In this document: in pieces, positions 28,816 through 37,597 of the stretch
Position numbering within the stretch: position 1 is the stretch's first letter
Layout of the letters: the number at the start of each line of letters is the position of its first letter
DNA from: an uncultured Gemmatimonadales bacterium
Lineage (GTDB): Bacteria; Gemmatimonadota; Gemmatimonadetes; Longimicrobiales; RSA9
NCBI GenBank assembly: GCA_963708135.1
Contig: OY970192.1
Location: forward strand, 1,088,001-1,152,000
DNA: 64,000 bases
Direction: 5' to 3'
Notes under the pieces: model-generated
Told to the model about the DNA's origin: nothing
Seen by the model: the letters and a program-made list of their open reading frames with translations, nothing else
Database searches by the model: none
Made by a program: the position numbers and the translations under genes

Positions 28816-29829
28816 GTGAGCGAGCTCGACGCGGGCCGCCTCCAGATCGCGGCCTCGCCCCACATCCAGGCGGCCGACAGCACCGAGCGGATCATGTGGA
28901 CGGTGGTGGCCACGCTCGTGCCGATCGTGGGCGCCTCCTTCTGGTTCTTCGGCCTGGGCGCGCTGCTCGTCATCGCCAGCGCGACGCTCGGCGCCATGGC
29001 CACCGAGCGCGCGTTCGGCCGGCCGCGCGCGCTCCGCGACGGCTCCGCCGCCATCACCGGGCTGCTCCTCGGGCTCACGCTGCCGCCGGGATTCCCGCTG
29101 TGGATGGCGGCGATCGGCGGCGCCTTCGCGATCGGGCTGGGCAAGCTGATCTTCGGCGGGCTGGGGCAGAACGTCTTCAATCCCGCGCTGCTCGGGCGCG
29201 CGTTCCTGCAGGCGGCGTTCCCCACGGCCATCACCACCTGGCCCACGGTCGGGCAGGGATGGACCACGCTCTACCCGTCCAACTTCGCGTTCCCCTTCGT
29301 GCAGGCGGCGCCCGACGCGGTCACCGCCGCCACGCCGCTCGGGCTCATGAAGTTCGAGCACCACATGACGGACGTGCTGCCCATGATCACCGGCCATACC
29401 GGCGGCTCGCTCGGCGAGACGGCGGGTGCCCTGATTCTCATATGCGGCGCCTACCTGGCCTGGAAGCGCTACCTCGACTGGCGCATCCCGACGAGCATCA
29501 TCCTCACCGTGGCCGGGCTGAGCGCGCTGCTGCACCTGTTCGGCGGCGAGCGCTTCCCGACCGCCGGCTTCATGCTCTTCTCCGGCGGGCTCATGCTCGG
29601 CGCCGTCTACATGGCCACCGACATGGTCACCTCGCCCACCACGCCGAAGGGGGCCTGGATCTTCGGCTTCGGCATCGGCGCGCTCGTCGTGCTGATCCGG
29701 ATCTGGGGCGGGCTGCCGGAGGGCGTCATGTACGCGATCCTGCTCATGAACGCGCTGGTGCCGTTCCTGAACCGCTGGACGCAGCCGCGCGTGTTCGGTA
29801 CGCCGGGTCGGAAGGAGGCCGCAGCGTGA
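28816..29829 (+). CDS. rnfD: Rnf complex subunit D
   Basis: ASPHI, GGLGQNVFNPALLGRAFL, DAVTAATPL (flavinylation Thr), GSLGET and MATDMVTSP motifs. Confidence 0.95.
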   Translation: MSELDAGRLQIAASPHIQAADSTERIMWTVVATLVPIVGASFWFFGLGALLVIASATLGAMATERAFGRPRALRDGSAAITGLLLGLTLPPGFPLWMAAIGGAFAIGLGKLIFGGLGQNVFNPALLGRAFLQAAFPTAITTWPTVGQGWTTLYPSNFAFPFVQAAPDAVTAATPLGLMKFEHHMTDVLPMITGHTGGSLGETAGALILICGAYLAWKRYLDWRIPTSIILTVAGLSALLHLFGGERFPTAGFMLFSGGLMLGAVYMATDMVTSPTTPKGAWIFGFGIGALVVLIRIWGGLPEGVMYAILLMNALVPFLNRWTQPRVFGTPGRKEAAA

Positions 29830-30524
29830 GCGCCGACTGTCACACCCCGCCGACCCCGCCGTCCGAGGGGGCGCCGCCGCCCGACGCGCCGCGGCCGCCC
29901 GAGGTCTCCTCGCTGCGGCTGGTGGGGACGCTCGCCTTCTTCGGCGCCATCGCCGGGTTCCTCATCGTGCTGGTCTTCCAGTGGACCAGGCCGCGCATCG
30001 ACGCGCACAAGGCGCTGGTGCTCCGGCAGGCCGCGCTCGAGGTGCTGGGCGAGCCGCAGCAGATGAAGAGCATCTTCGTCTACCAGGGCAGGCTGGTCGA
30101 TGCGCTGCCCGCCGGCGTGGACTCCCCCGGGCTCGACCGCCTCTACCTCGGCCTCGACGCCGGCGGGCGGCCGGTCGGCTACGCCATCGAGGCGCGCGGC
30201 ACCGGCTTCCAGGACGTGATCGATCTGATCTTCGGCTACGACGCGCACACGAAGAAGCTGCTCGGGATGAAGGTGCTGGAGAGCAAGGAGACGCCGGGGC
30301 TCGGGGAGAAGATCGAGTCGGACTCCTCCTTCGTCGCCGGCTTCAGGGGCCCGACGGGCCCGATCGTCGGGGTCAAGAAGGGACAGGAGAAGGGCGATCC
30401 GCACGAGGTCGACATGATCACCGGGGCGACGATCTCGTCGCGGGCCGTGATCGGCATCATTGACGCGCGGCTGGCCGAGGTCACGCCGCTGCTGGACGCC
30501 TACACCCCGGGAGGCCGCCGATGA
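29826..30524 (+). CDS. rnfG: Rnf complex subunit G (FMN-binding)
   Basis: TM anchor, ETPGLG and DMITGATISS flavinylation motif. Confidence 0.9.
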   Translation: MSADCHTPPTPPSEGAPPPDAPRPPEVSSLRLVGTLAFFGAIAGFLIVLVFQWTRPRIDAHKALVLRQAALEVLGEPQQMKSIFVYQGRLVDALPAGVDSPGLDRLYLGLDAGGRPVGYAIEARGTGFQDVIDLIFGYDAHTKKLLGMKVLESKETPGLGEKIESDSSFVAGFRGPTGPIVGVKKGQEKGDPHEVDMITGATISSRAVIGIIDARLAEVTPLLDAYTPGGRR

Positions 30525-31204
30525 GGGCCACCACCCCGCACGAGGACCTGGTGCGCGGGATCTGGAAGGAGAACCCGGTCTTCGTGCAGCTGCTCGGGCT
30601 GTGCCCGACGCTTGCCGTGACCAACACCGTGGCCAACGGGATCGCGATGGGGCTGGCGACCTTCTTCGTGCTGGTCGGCTCCAGCTTCCTCGTCTCGCTG
30701 CTCCGCAAGCTGATCCCGAACGAGGTGCGCATCAGCGCCTACATCCTCATCATCGCGACGTTCGTGACCGTCGTGGACATGACCCTCGAGGCGCTCGTCC
30801 CCGACATCCACAAGGCGCTCGGCGCCTTCATCGCGCTGATCGTGGTCAACTGCATCATCCTCGGACGGCAGGAGGCCTTCGCCGCCAGGAACCGCGTCGG
30901 CCGCTCCGTGCTCGACGCGGTGGGCACCGGCTTCGGCTTCATCATCACGATGCTCATGATGTCGTCGTTCCGCGAGCTGCTCGGCAGCGGCACCCTGCTC
31001 GGCTACCACGTCCTCGGCCACCACTACGAGCCCTGGGTCGTCATGATCCTGCCGCCCGGCGGCTTCTTCACCCTCGGCTTCTGGCTGCTCGCCTTCGGCT
31101 GGTGGAAGGCCCGCAAGCAGGAGAGCGTCAAGCCCCGCCGCTGGCCGCACGGCGTGCTGCCGCCGCGGCCCGCGCGCCGGGAGCGGAAGGAGGTCGTCGC
31201 ATGA
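30521..31204 (+). CDS. rnfE: Rnf complex subunit E
   Basis: ENPVFVQLLGLCPTLAVT, LIVVNCIILGR and LPPGGF motifs. Confidence 0.95.
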   Translation: MRATTPHEDLVRGIWKENPVFVQLLGLCPTLAVTNTVANGIAMGLATFFVLVGSSFLVSLLRKLIPNEVRISAYILIIATFVTVVDMTLEALVPDIHKALGAFIALIVVNCIILGRQEAFAARNRVGRSVLDAVGTGFGFIITMLMMSSFRELLGSGTLLGYHVLGHHYEPWVVMILPPGGFFTLGFWLLAFGWWKARKQESVKPRRWPHGVLPPRPARRERKEVVA

Positions 31205-31779
31205 TGAAGGACCTGTTCTGGATCTTCATCTCTTCCATGGTGGTGAACAACTTCACCCTGGCGCTGTTCCTCGGGCTGTGCCCGTTCTTCGGGGTGTCGT
31301 CGAAGGTCTCCACCGCCGTCCGCATGGGCGCCGCCGACACGTTCGTGCTGGTGATCACGTCCGTGGCGACGTGGTTCCTCAACCGCTTCATCCTGGCCGA
31401 CGCGCCGTACCTGCGGCTGATCTCCTTCATCGTCGTGATCGCCGCGCTGGTGCAGATCGTCGAGATGATCATCCGCAAGGCGAGCCCCACGCTCTTCCGC
31501 GAGCTCGGCATCTATCTGCCGCTCATCACGACCAACTGCGCGATCCTCGGCCTGGCCATCTTCCAGACCAACCGCGGCTACGGCTTCGCCGAGGGCGTCA
31601 CCTTCGCCGTCGGCTCCGGGCTCGGGCTGACGCTCGCGCTCGTGCTCATGGCCTCGATCCGCGAGCAGGTCGAGCTGGCCGACATCCCCGCCCTCGCCAG
31701 GGGCATGGGCATCGTGCTCATCATCGCCGGCAGCCTCTCGCTCGCCTTCATGGGCTTTGCGGGGCTGTTCAGCTCATGA
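31201..31779 (+). CDS. rnfA: Rnf complex subunit A
   Basis: NNFTLALFLGLCPFFGVS, LGIYLPLITTNCAILG and LAFMGFAG motifs. Confidence 0.95.
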   Translation: MMKDLFWIFISSMVVNNFTLALFLGLCPFFGVSSKVSTAVRMGAADTFVLVITSVATWFLNRFILADAPYLRLISFIVVIAALVQIVEMIIRKASPTLFRELGIYLPLITTNCAILGLAIFQTNRGYGFAEGVTFAVGSGLGLTLALVLMASIREQVELADIPALARGMGIVLIIAGSLSLAFMGFAGLFSS

Positions 31780-31928
31780 TCGCCTCGATCGTGGGCATCG
31801 CCCTGCTCGCCGCCCTCTTCGCCGTCTTCGGGCTCATCCGCCACAAGCCGGACTGCGCGTCCGGCGCCTGCGGCGCCTGCCCCGCAACCTCGTGCGCACT
31901 GAAGGAGTCCGACCATGACCATGCCTGA
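31776..31928 (+). CDS. Small membrane protein with Cys-rich tail
   Basis: ATGA overlap with rnfA; one TM helix, then CASGACGACPATSC. Confidence 0.65.
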   Translation: MIASIVGIALLAALFAVFGLIRHKPDCASGACGACPATSCALKESDHDHA

Positions 31929-32961
31929 GGACCGCGACCGCGCTCCCGCCGGCGAGCCTGCTTCCCCGCAGCCCGACCGCGGCGCACCCGTGGACCGCCG
32001 CCGCTTCCTCGCCCTCGGCGTCGGCGCCTTCGTGGTGGCGACGCTGCCCCGCGCCGCCCACGCCCTGCGCGGCCGCCGCCTCGTGCGCCGCACCGTGCCG
32101 GTCATGGGCACCATCGCAGAGATCGCCGTTGTCGATGGCGACGTGCGCCACGCCGAGGACGCCATCGACGCCGCGCTCGCCGAGCTGCGCCGCGTAGACC
32201 GCACCATGAGCTTCTTCAGCCGCTGGTCCGACGTGGGCCGCGCCAACGCCGGCGCGGGAGCCGAGGCCGTGGAGATCGGCCCCGAGACCGGCCTCGTCCT
32301 GGCCGAGGCGCTGCGCTGGGCGCACGCGAGCGACGGCGCCTTCGATCCCGCCCTGGGCGAGGCCTCCGCCCTGTGGGACGTGACGCACCGGCACGAGCCG
32401 CCGCCCGAGCCCGCCTACCGCCGCTTCGCCGGCCGCCAGCTGTTCCGGCACGTGGACCTCGACCGCGGCGCCGCCGGCGCGCGGGTCCGCTACGAAAACC
32501 CGGAGATCGCGCTCGACCTGGGCGGCATCGCCAAGGGCCACGGCGTGGACCTGGCCGTGAAGGCGCTGCGCGAGCGCGGCGTGAAGGACGCCCTGGTGAA
32601 CGTCGGAGGCGACCTCTACGCGCTGGGCAGATCCGAGCGCGGCGACGACTGGGAGATCGGCGTCCAGTCGCCCACGCGCGCCGAGGGCATCATCGCGCGC
32701 TTCACCCTCTCGGACCGCGCCGTCGCCACGTCCGGCGACTACATGCGCTACTTCGACTGGCACGGCCGCCGCTACCACCACCTGCTCGACCCGGCGACGG
32801 GGGCCCCGCGTGTCACCCGCGAGCACTCCGTCTCCGTGGCGGCCGAGACCTGTATGGCCGCCGACGCCGGCGCGACGGCCGTCTACGGCCTGCCCCGCGC
32901 CGAGGCCGACGCGCTGCTGCGCCGCCCCGCCGGCGGCGCGCGGGTGCTGGATCTGGCGTAG
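31915..32961 (+). CDS. apbE: FAD:protein FMN transferase with Tat-like signal
   Basis: RRRFL, VMGT, DLGGIAKG, VATSGDY and HHLLDP motifs. Confidence 0.93.
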   Translation: MTMPEDRDRAPAGEPASPQPDRGAPVDRRRFLALGVGAFVVATLPRAAHALRGRRLVRRTVPVMGTIAEIAVVDGDVRHAEDAIDAALAELRRVDRTMSFFSRWSDVGRANAGAGAEAVEIGPETGLVLAEALRWAHASDGAFDPALGEASALWDVTHRHEPPPEPAYRRFAGRQLFRHVDLDRGAAGARVRYENPEIALDLGGIAKGHGVDLAVKALRERGVKDALVNVGGDLYALGRSERGDDWEIGVQSPTRAEGIIARFTLSDRAVATSGDYMRYFDWHGRRYHHLLDPATGAPRVTREHSVSVAAETCMAADAGATAVYGLPRAEADALLRRPAGGARVLDLA

Positions 32962-33079
32962 CCGAGCGGCCGCGGGTATAGCCTCCGCGACGGGGGGGAT
33001 TGGCGCCGCGGCCATGCCGCGGCGAGAGTGGGAAAGCCGGACGAAACGTGCACATCGCCGCGGCGATGAACACGATTGT

Positions 33080-33173
33080 CACATTGTGTACGCTATGCGG
33101 ATACAATGTGCAGCGCGCTCGGCGCCGCCGGGAGTCATCGGTGCATTGTGTACGCTATGCGGACACAATGCGC
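33080..33173. repeat. Two copies of a 27-bp-core imperfect palindrome, 62-bp period
   Basis: cattgtgtacgctatgcgga(t/c)acaatg at 33082-33108 and 33144-33170. Confidence 0.85.
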
Positions 33174-33360
33174 GATTCGCGGCTGGGTGCACCACCGGTC
33201 GGTCGATTTCGTCCGCTCCGGCGCCCGAGGCGCGCGCCCGGCTGTTGTTCGGCGCCGCCGCCTTCGGCCAGCCGGACAAGGTCCAGGGCCCCCGGTTGCC
33301 GTCGTCCGTTGCCCCGGCGCCTGGGCCAGTGCGGGAAACCGTATCGACGCTCCCCGCCGA

Positions 33361-34761
33361 TTAGACGCCGTTCACCAGCAGGTGCACCCCGATCGAGGCG
33401 GCGAAGCCAAGCGCGATCGCCCACGTCCACTTGAGGTGGCTCTCGAAGGTGTAGATCCCGCGCGCCTGCCCCATGAGCGCCACGCCCGCGGCGCTGCCGA
33501 CGGAGAGCAGGGAGCCGCCCACACCGGCGGTGAGCGTGACCAGCAGCCACTCCGGCACCGTCATCGCCGGGTTCATCCGCAGCACCGAGAACATCACGGG
33601 GATGTTGTCCACTACCGCGGAGATGACGCCCACCGAGGTGTTCGCGCCGACCGTGCCGAGGCCGCTGTAGAGCCTGCCCGAGAGCGCCGCCAGGTAGCCG
33701 AGCGTGGCCAGGCCGCCGATCGCCATGATGATGCCGAAGAAGAACATCAGCGTGTCCCACTCGGCGCGTTGCAGGATCTCGAAGATGTCGAAGGGGCCCT
33801 CCGGCGGCGCCTCGCCTTCCTCGTCCAGCACCTCGAGCGGCCCGCCGCTCGAGATCGCGCCGCCCGTCCACTTCAGGTACCAGCTGTAGAAGTAGAGCAG
33901 CCCGAGGCCCGTCGTCATGCCCAGCACCGGCGGGATGTAGAGCGCGTTGTAGAACGTCACCGCCGTCGCCACCGTCACCGCGAACAGCCCCACGATGACG
34001 AAGCCGCCGGGACGCACCTGCACCCGCGCGTCATCACCCTCCGGCCGCTCCTTCGGCACCGCGAACGACATGATCAGCGCCGGCACCAGCCAGTTCACCA
34101 CCGCCGGGAGGAACAGGCGGAAAAATTGCCAGAACTCCACCTTCCCGGACTGCCACACCATGAGCGTCGTGATGTCGCCGAACGGCGAGAACGCGCCGCC
34201 GGCGTTCGCGGCCACCACAATGTTGATGCACGCCATCCCCATGAACTTCCGGCTCTGCTTGCCTACCGTCAGCGCGACCGTCCCCATGACCAGCGCCGTC
34301 GTCAGGTTGTCGATCATCGCCGAGAGGAAGAACGACAGGATTCCCGTCGCCCAGAAGACCGCCCGCAAGGTGAGGTTCCGCCGCGCCAGCCACGCCCGCA
34401 GCGCGTCGAACACCAGCCGCTCCTCCATGGTGTTGACGTACGTCATCGCCACCAGGACGAACAGGAACAGCTCGCTGAACTCCGCCAGGTTGTGCCGCAC
34501 CGCCGCCGCCGCCCCCGCGTGGTCGCCCGCGCGCACGTACACCAGCGCCACCAGCGCCCAGATGATCCCCGCCCCGAGCACCACCGGCTTCGACTTGCGC
34601 AGGTGCAGCCGGTTCTCCAGCACCACGGCGACGTACGCCAGCACGAACACAACGATCGCCGCCGGGCCCATCCACGTCAGCGCCAGCGCCGGCGGCGCCG
34701 CCACCGCGCCTTCGCCCTGCTGCAAAAGCGCCAGAAACGCCGTCAGTCCACTCCCTGCCAT
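33361..34761 (-). CDS. nhaD: Na+/H+ antiporter NhaD
   Basis: LHLRKSKP, AMTYVNTM, DNLTTAL, ANAGGAFSPFGDITTLMVW, VDNIPV and GSAAGVALMG motifs. Confidence 0.93.
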   Translation of the reverse strand: MAGSGLTAFLALLQQGEGAVAAPPALALTWMGPAAIVVFVLAYVAVVLENRLHLRKSKPVVLGAGIIWALVALVYVRAGDHAGAAAAVRHNLAEFSELFLFVLVAMTYVNTMEERLVFDALRAWLARRNLTLRAVFWATGILSFFLSAMIDNLTTALVMGTVALTVGKQSRKFMGMACINIVVAANAGGAFSPFGDITTLMVWQSGKVEFWQFFRLFLPAVVNWLVPALIMSFAVPKERPEGDDARVQVRPGGFVIVGLFAVTVATAVTFYNALYIPPVLGMTTGLGLLYFYSWYLKWTGGAISSGGPLEVLDEEGEAPPEGPFDIFEILQRAEWDTLMFFFGIIMAIGGLATLGYLAALSGRLYSGLGTVGANTSVGVISAVVDNIPVMFSVLRMNPAMTVPEWLLVTLTAGVGGSLLSVGSAAGVALMGQARGIYTFESHLKWTWAIALGFAASIGVHLLVNGV

Positions 34762-35053
34762 GAGCTCCCCTCGTCAAGGCGCATCGTCGCGCCGGAACGC
34801 CTTCGTCAGCCTCGAGCCGCGCCGCCGCCCGTCCCACCCCGCCGCCGGTCACCGCGAGCACGCCCGGACCGGACACCCCGCCCGCCCGATCGGCCGCCCG
34901 GCAAGATAGCACCCCCGGCACCACGCGCTGTAGGGCGTTGCTACCGGGACTGTGGGGAATTCCACCAGCCCCCGTGGCCGCCGGGCAGGACGCGTGGGAA
35001 GTTGACGGTGCGGCGCGACGCCCGCGAGCGGCAACGCCGGAAAATGTGCCCCC

Positions 35054-35515
35054 TCACCCGCTGCCGCGGCGCCGCACCAGCGCCTTCAACTCCCCCTCCT
35101 GCGCCACCTCCCCGCGCTGGTTCACCACCTCCAGCCCGAATGCGACGTACCCCTGCTCCGCCTTCCGCGTCGCCCGCTTCGCCGCCACCTTCACCCGCGC
35201 CCGCACCGTGTCCCCCGGCCGGATCGGCGCGCGAAAGCTCCACTCCAGGCCCAGCAGCGCCACCAGCGTGCCCTCGGTCAGCCCGGAGCGGTTCAGCAGC
35301 CCCGTCGCCAGCGCCAGCCCCAGCACCCCGTGCGCCACCCGCCCGCCGAACGCCGTCCCGCGCGCGTACTCCTCGTCCATGTGCAGCGGGTTGAAATCGC
35401 CCGACACCCCCGCGAACGCCACGATCTCCGCGTCCGTCACCGTCCGCCCCCCGGTCTCGTACGCCGCCCCCACCTCCAGCTCCTCGAACCACAGCCCGCG
35501 CATCCTCGCCTCCAT
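35054..35515 (-). CDS. MaoC-like (hot-dog) dehydratase
   Basis: FAGVSGDFNPLHMD..FGGRVAHG motif; AAGGAGG RBS. Confidence 0.9.
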   Translation of the reverse strand: MEARMRGLWFEELEVGAAYETGGRTVTDAEIVAFAGVSGDFNPLHMDEEYARGTAFGGRVAHGVLGLALATGLLNRSGLTEGTLVALLGLEWSFRAPIRPGDTVRARVKVAAKRATRKAEQGYVAFGLEVVNQRGEVAQEGELKALVRRRGSG

Positions 35516-35528
35516 TGCCACACCCTCC

Positions 35529-35585
35529 TTGACTTCTACCAACGTATGACACAATACTTACGAGCGTACGCCACATGACACAATA
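35529..35585 (+). promoter_or_regulatory. Putative paaX promoter with two 11-bp direct repeats (candidate operator)
   Basis: TTGACT (35529-34) and AATACT (35553-58); ATGACACAATA at 35546-56 and 35575-85. Confidence 0.5.
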
Positions 35586-35594
35586 GGAGCCCGC

Positions 35595-36437
35595 GTGCCG
35601 CGACCGCAGGACCGAGTCTTCACCCTTTTCGGCGATACGCTGCTGCACCGCTCGGGCGCGGTGTGGACGGGCAGCCTGATCGCGCTGCTGGGGCCGCTCG
35701 GGCTGTCGCCGGCGGCGACGCGGACGGTGCTCTCGCGCATGCGGCGCAAGGGATGGCTGCAGGCGGAGAAGCGTGGGCGCAAGAGCTACTACGACCTGAC
35801 GGCGCGGGGGCGGCGGCTGCTGGAGGAGGGGGAGAAGCGGATCTACGATCCGCCGCGGGATGAGCCGTGGGAAGGCAGCTGGTTCGTGGTGGCGTACCGG
35901 GTGCCGGAGGAGCGGCGCACGCTGCGCGACCGCCTGCGGGTGCGGCTCACGTGGCTGGGGTGTGGGCAGATGGGGAACGGGGTGTGGATCTCGCCGCACG
36001 ACATCGAGGCGGAGGTGCGGCAGATCGCGGAGGAGCTGGGCACGCGGGACCACGTCGAGCTGTTCCGGGCCACGCACCTGGGGTTCAGCAGCGAAGCGTC
36101 GCTGGTGGCGCAGTGCTGGGACCTTCCGGCGGTGGCGGAGGCGTATCGCGATTTCCTGGCGGAGCACGAGCCGGAGCTGGAGCGCTGCGCGGGGTTGCTT
36201 CGGGCGGGCACGCTCTCGCCCAAGGAGTGCTTCGAGCGGCGCTTCGACCTGATCCACGAGTACCGGGCCTTCCCGTTCATGGATCCCTACCTGCCGCGGG
36301 AGCTGCTGCCGCAGGACTGGCCGGGGGCGCGGGCGGCGACGCTGTTCGAGGCGTACCACGCGCTACTGACGCCGCCGGCGGAGGCGTACGTGGACGAGGT
36401 GCTCGTGGTGGCGAACGGCAGGAAGCCGCAGACCTGA
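35595..36437 (+). CDS. paaX: PaaX family transcriptional regulator
   Basis: FTLFGD, RTVLSRM..GWL..YYDLT, W.G.W, WISP, CWDL and DPYLPRELLP.DWPG motifs. Confidence 0.9.
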   Translation: MPRPQDRVFTLFGDTLLHRSGAVWTGSLIALLGPLGLSPAATRTVLSRMRRKGWLQAEKRGRKSYYDLTARGRRLLEEGEKRIYDPPRDEPWEGSWFVVAYRVPEERRTLRDRLRVRLTWLGCGQMGNGVWISPHDIEAEVRQIAEELGTRDHVELFRATHLGFSSEASLVAQCWDLPAVAEAYRDFLAEHEPELERCAGLLRAGTLSPKECFERRFDLIHEYRAFPFMDPYLPRELLPQDWPGARAATLFEAYHALLTPPAEAYVDEVLVVANGRKPQT

Positions 36438-36496
36438 ACGCGTGGCCGGCTGCTGGAGGCGGGGCCGGCCGCCCCAACCGAGTTGCAGGGGGAGCG

Positions 36497-37597
36497 ATGC
36501 GTCAGTTCGAGTCGAAGCCCGCGGAGTCCTTCGAGCTCCGCGAGGTGCTGTACCGGAAGTCCGACTGGGTCGCGACGGTCACGATCGACCGTCCCCATGC
36601 CTACAACGCCTACTCGACGGCGGCGCTCGTCGAGCTCGCCACGGTGCTCCGCGACGCCGCGTTCGACGACTCGATCGGGGTGATCGTGCTGACCGGCGCG
36701 GGCGATCGCGCCTTCTGCACGGGCGGCGACGTGAAGGAGTACGAGGAGGTCTACACCTCCTATCCGCGCGACTACTGGAAGTACATGGGCCTGTTCCGGG
36801 CCTACATCGAGGCGATCGTGAACGCCGGCAAGCCGGTGATCGCGCGCCTGAACGGGATGGCGGCGGGCGGCGGCAACGAGAGCCAGCTCGCGTGTGACCT
36901 GTCCGTGATCGCCGAGCACGCCTGGATCGGGCAGGTCGGCACGCGCGTCGGCAGCGTGGCGGCCGGCGGCTCGACGCAGTGGCTGCCGATCACCGTGGGC
37001 GACCGCCGGGCCAGGGAGATCCTGCTGCTGAACGAGCGGATCCCCGCCTACCAGGCGCTCGAGTGGGGGCTGGTCAACCGCGTGGCGCCCTCGGTCGTGA
37101 AGGACGGCGCCTTCGTCACGCGCGCCACGCCCGAGCAGATCAAGGATGCCCAGGCCGGCCGGAACGGCTACTCGATCTCCCTCGAGAAGCTCAATGAGGA
37201 GGTCGCGAAGCTCGCCGGCCGGCTGCTCGAGCAGTTCCCCGAGTGCACCCGCTACACCAAGCAGCAGGTGAACTTCTGGAAGGAGCTCGCCTGGCACCAG
37301 ACGATCGGCCACGCGCGCGACTGGCTCTCCGTCCACTACACGGCCCGCGAGCCGTGGGAGGGGATGCGCGCGTTCGTCGAGAAGCGCCCCGCCGGCTACA
37401 TGGAGCAGCGCCGCCTGGCGGCGGCGGGCGCCTCCAGCGAGTTCGTCTGGGGCCCGAACGAGCGCGAGTGCCCGGCGTGCGGCGCGGTGGGTCTGCCTGC
37501 CGGCTTCGCCTGGTGCGGCGCCTGCGGCCAGGCCCTGGCGGACGCGGTGGCGGCGGGGAACGGCGTGGCGGCTTCGGCGCCGGCGGAGGCGCGATGA
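36497..37597 (+). CDS. oah: 6-oxocyclohex-1-ene-1-carbonyl-CoA hydrolase (Oah/BamA-like)
   Basis: Crotonase fold with YNAYST, AFCTGGDVKEY, GGGNE, FPECTRYTK and RDWL; adjacent to BCR genes. Confidence 0.82.
   Translation: MRQFESKPAESFELREVLYRKSDWVATVTIDRPHAYNAYSTAALVELATVLRDAAFDDSIGVIVLTGAGDRAFCTGGDVKEYEEVYTSYPRDYWKYMGLFRAYIEAIVNAGKPVIARLNGMAAGGGNESQLACDLSVIAEHAWIGQVGTRVGSVAAGGSTQWLPITVGDRRAREILLLNERIPAYQALEWGLVNRVAPSVVKDGAFVTRATPEQIKDAQAGRNGYSISLEKLNEEVAKLAGRLLEQFPECTRYTKQQVNFWKELAWHQTIGHARDWLSVHYTAREPWEGMRAFVEKRPAGYMEQRRLAAAGASSEFVWGPNERECPACGAVGLPAGFAWCGACGQALADAVAAGNGVAASAPAEAR

Larger units (their letters stand above)
27286..28820 (-). mobile_element. IS110 family insertion sequence
   Basis: Contains a DEDD transposase and is flanked by a shared TGAG (27282-85, 28817-20). 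Removing it gives ...cccgcATGAgcgag..., the rnfC stop/rnfD start overlap. Confidence 0.92.

Noticed and set aside
27282..28820. Classical target-site duplication or terminal inverted repeats for the IS
   Set aside because: No terminal inverted repeats are seen; the shared TGAG is better explained as the IS110 core and donor-target microhomology.
15734..32961. Reverse TCA carbon-fixation cluster
   Set aside because: No citrate lyase, fumarate reductase or other rTCA genes lie in the window; direction of flux cannot be read from sequence.
33080..33173. Mini-CRISPR array
   Set aside because: Only two repeats, no leader and no cas genes in the window; kept as an unexplained palindrome pair.
34950..34970. 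Rex-like operator upstream of nhaD (tgtggggaattccacca), with a loose echo near 15570
   Set aside because: Too many mismatches to the TTGTGAA-N4-TTCACAA consensus to support.
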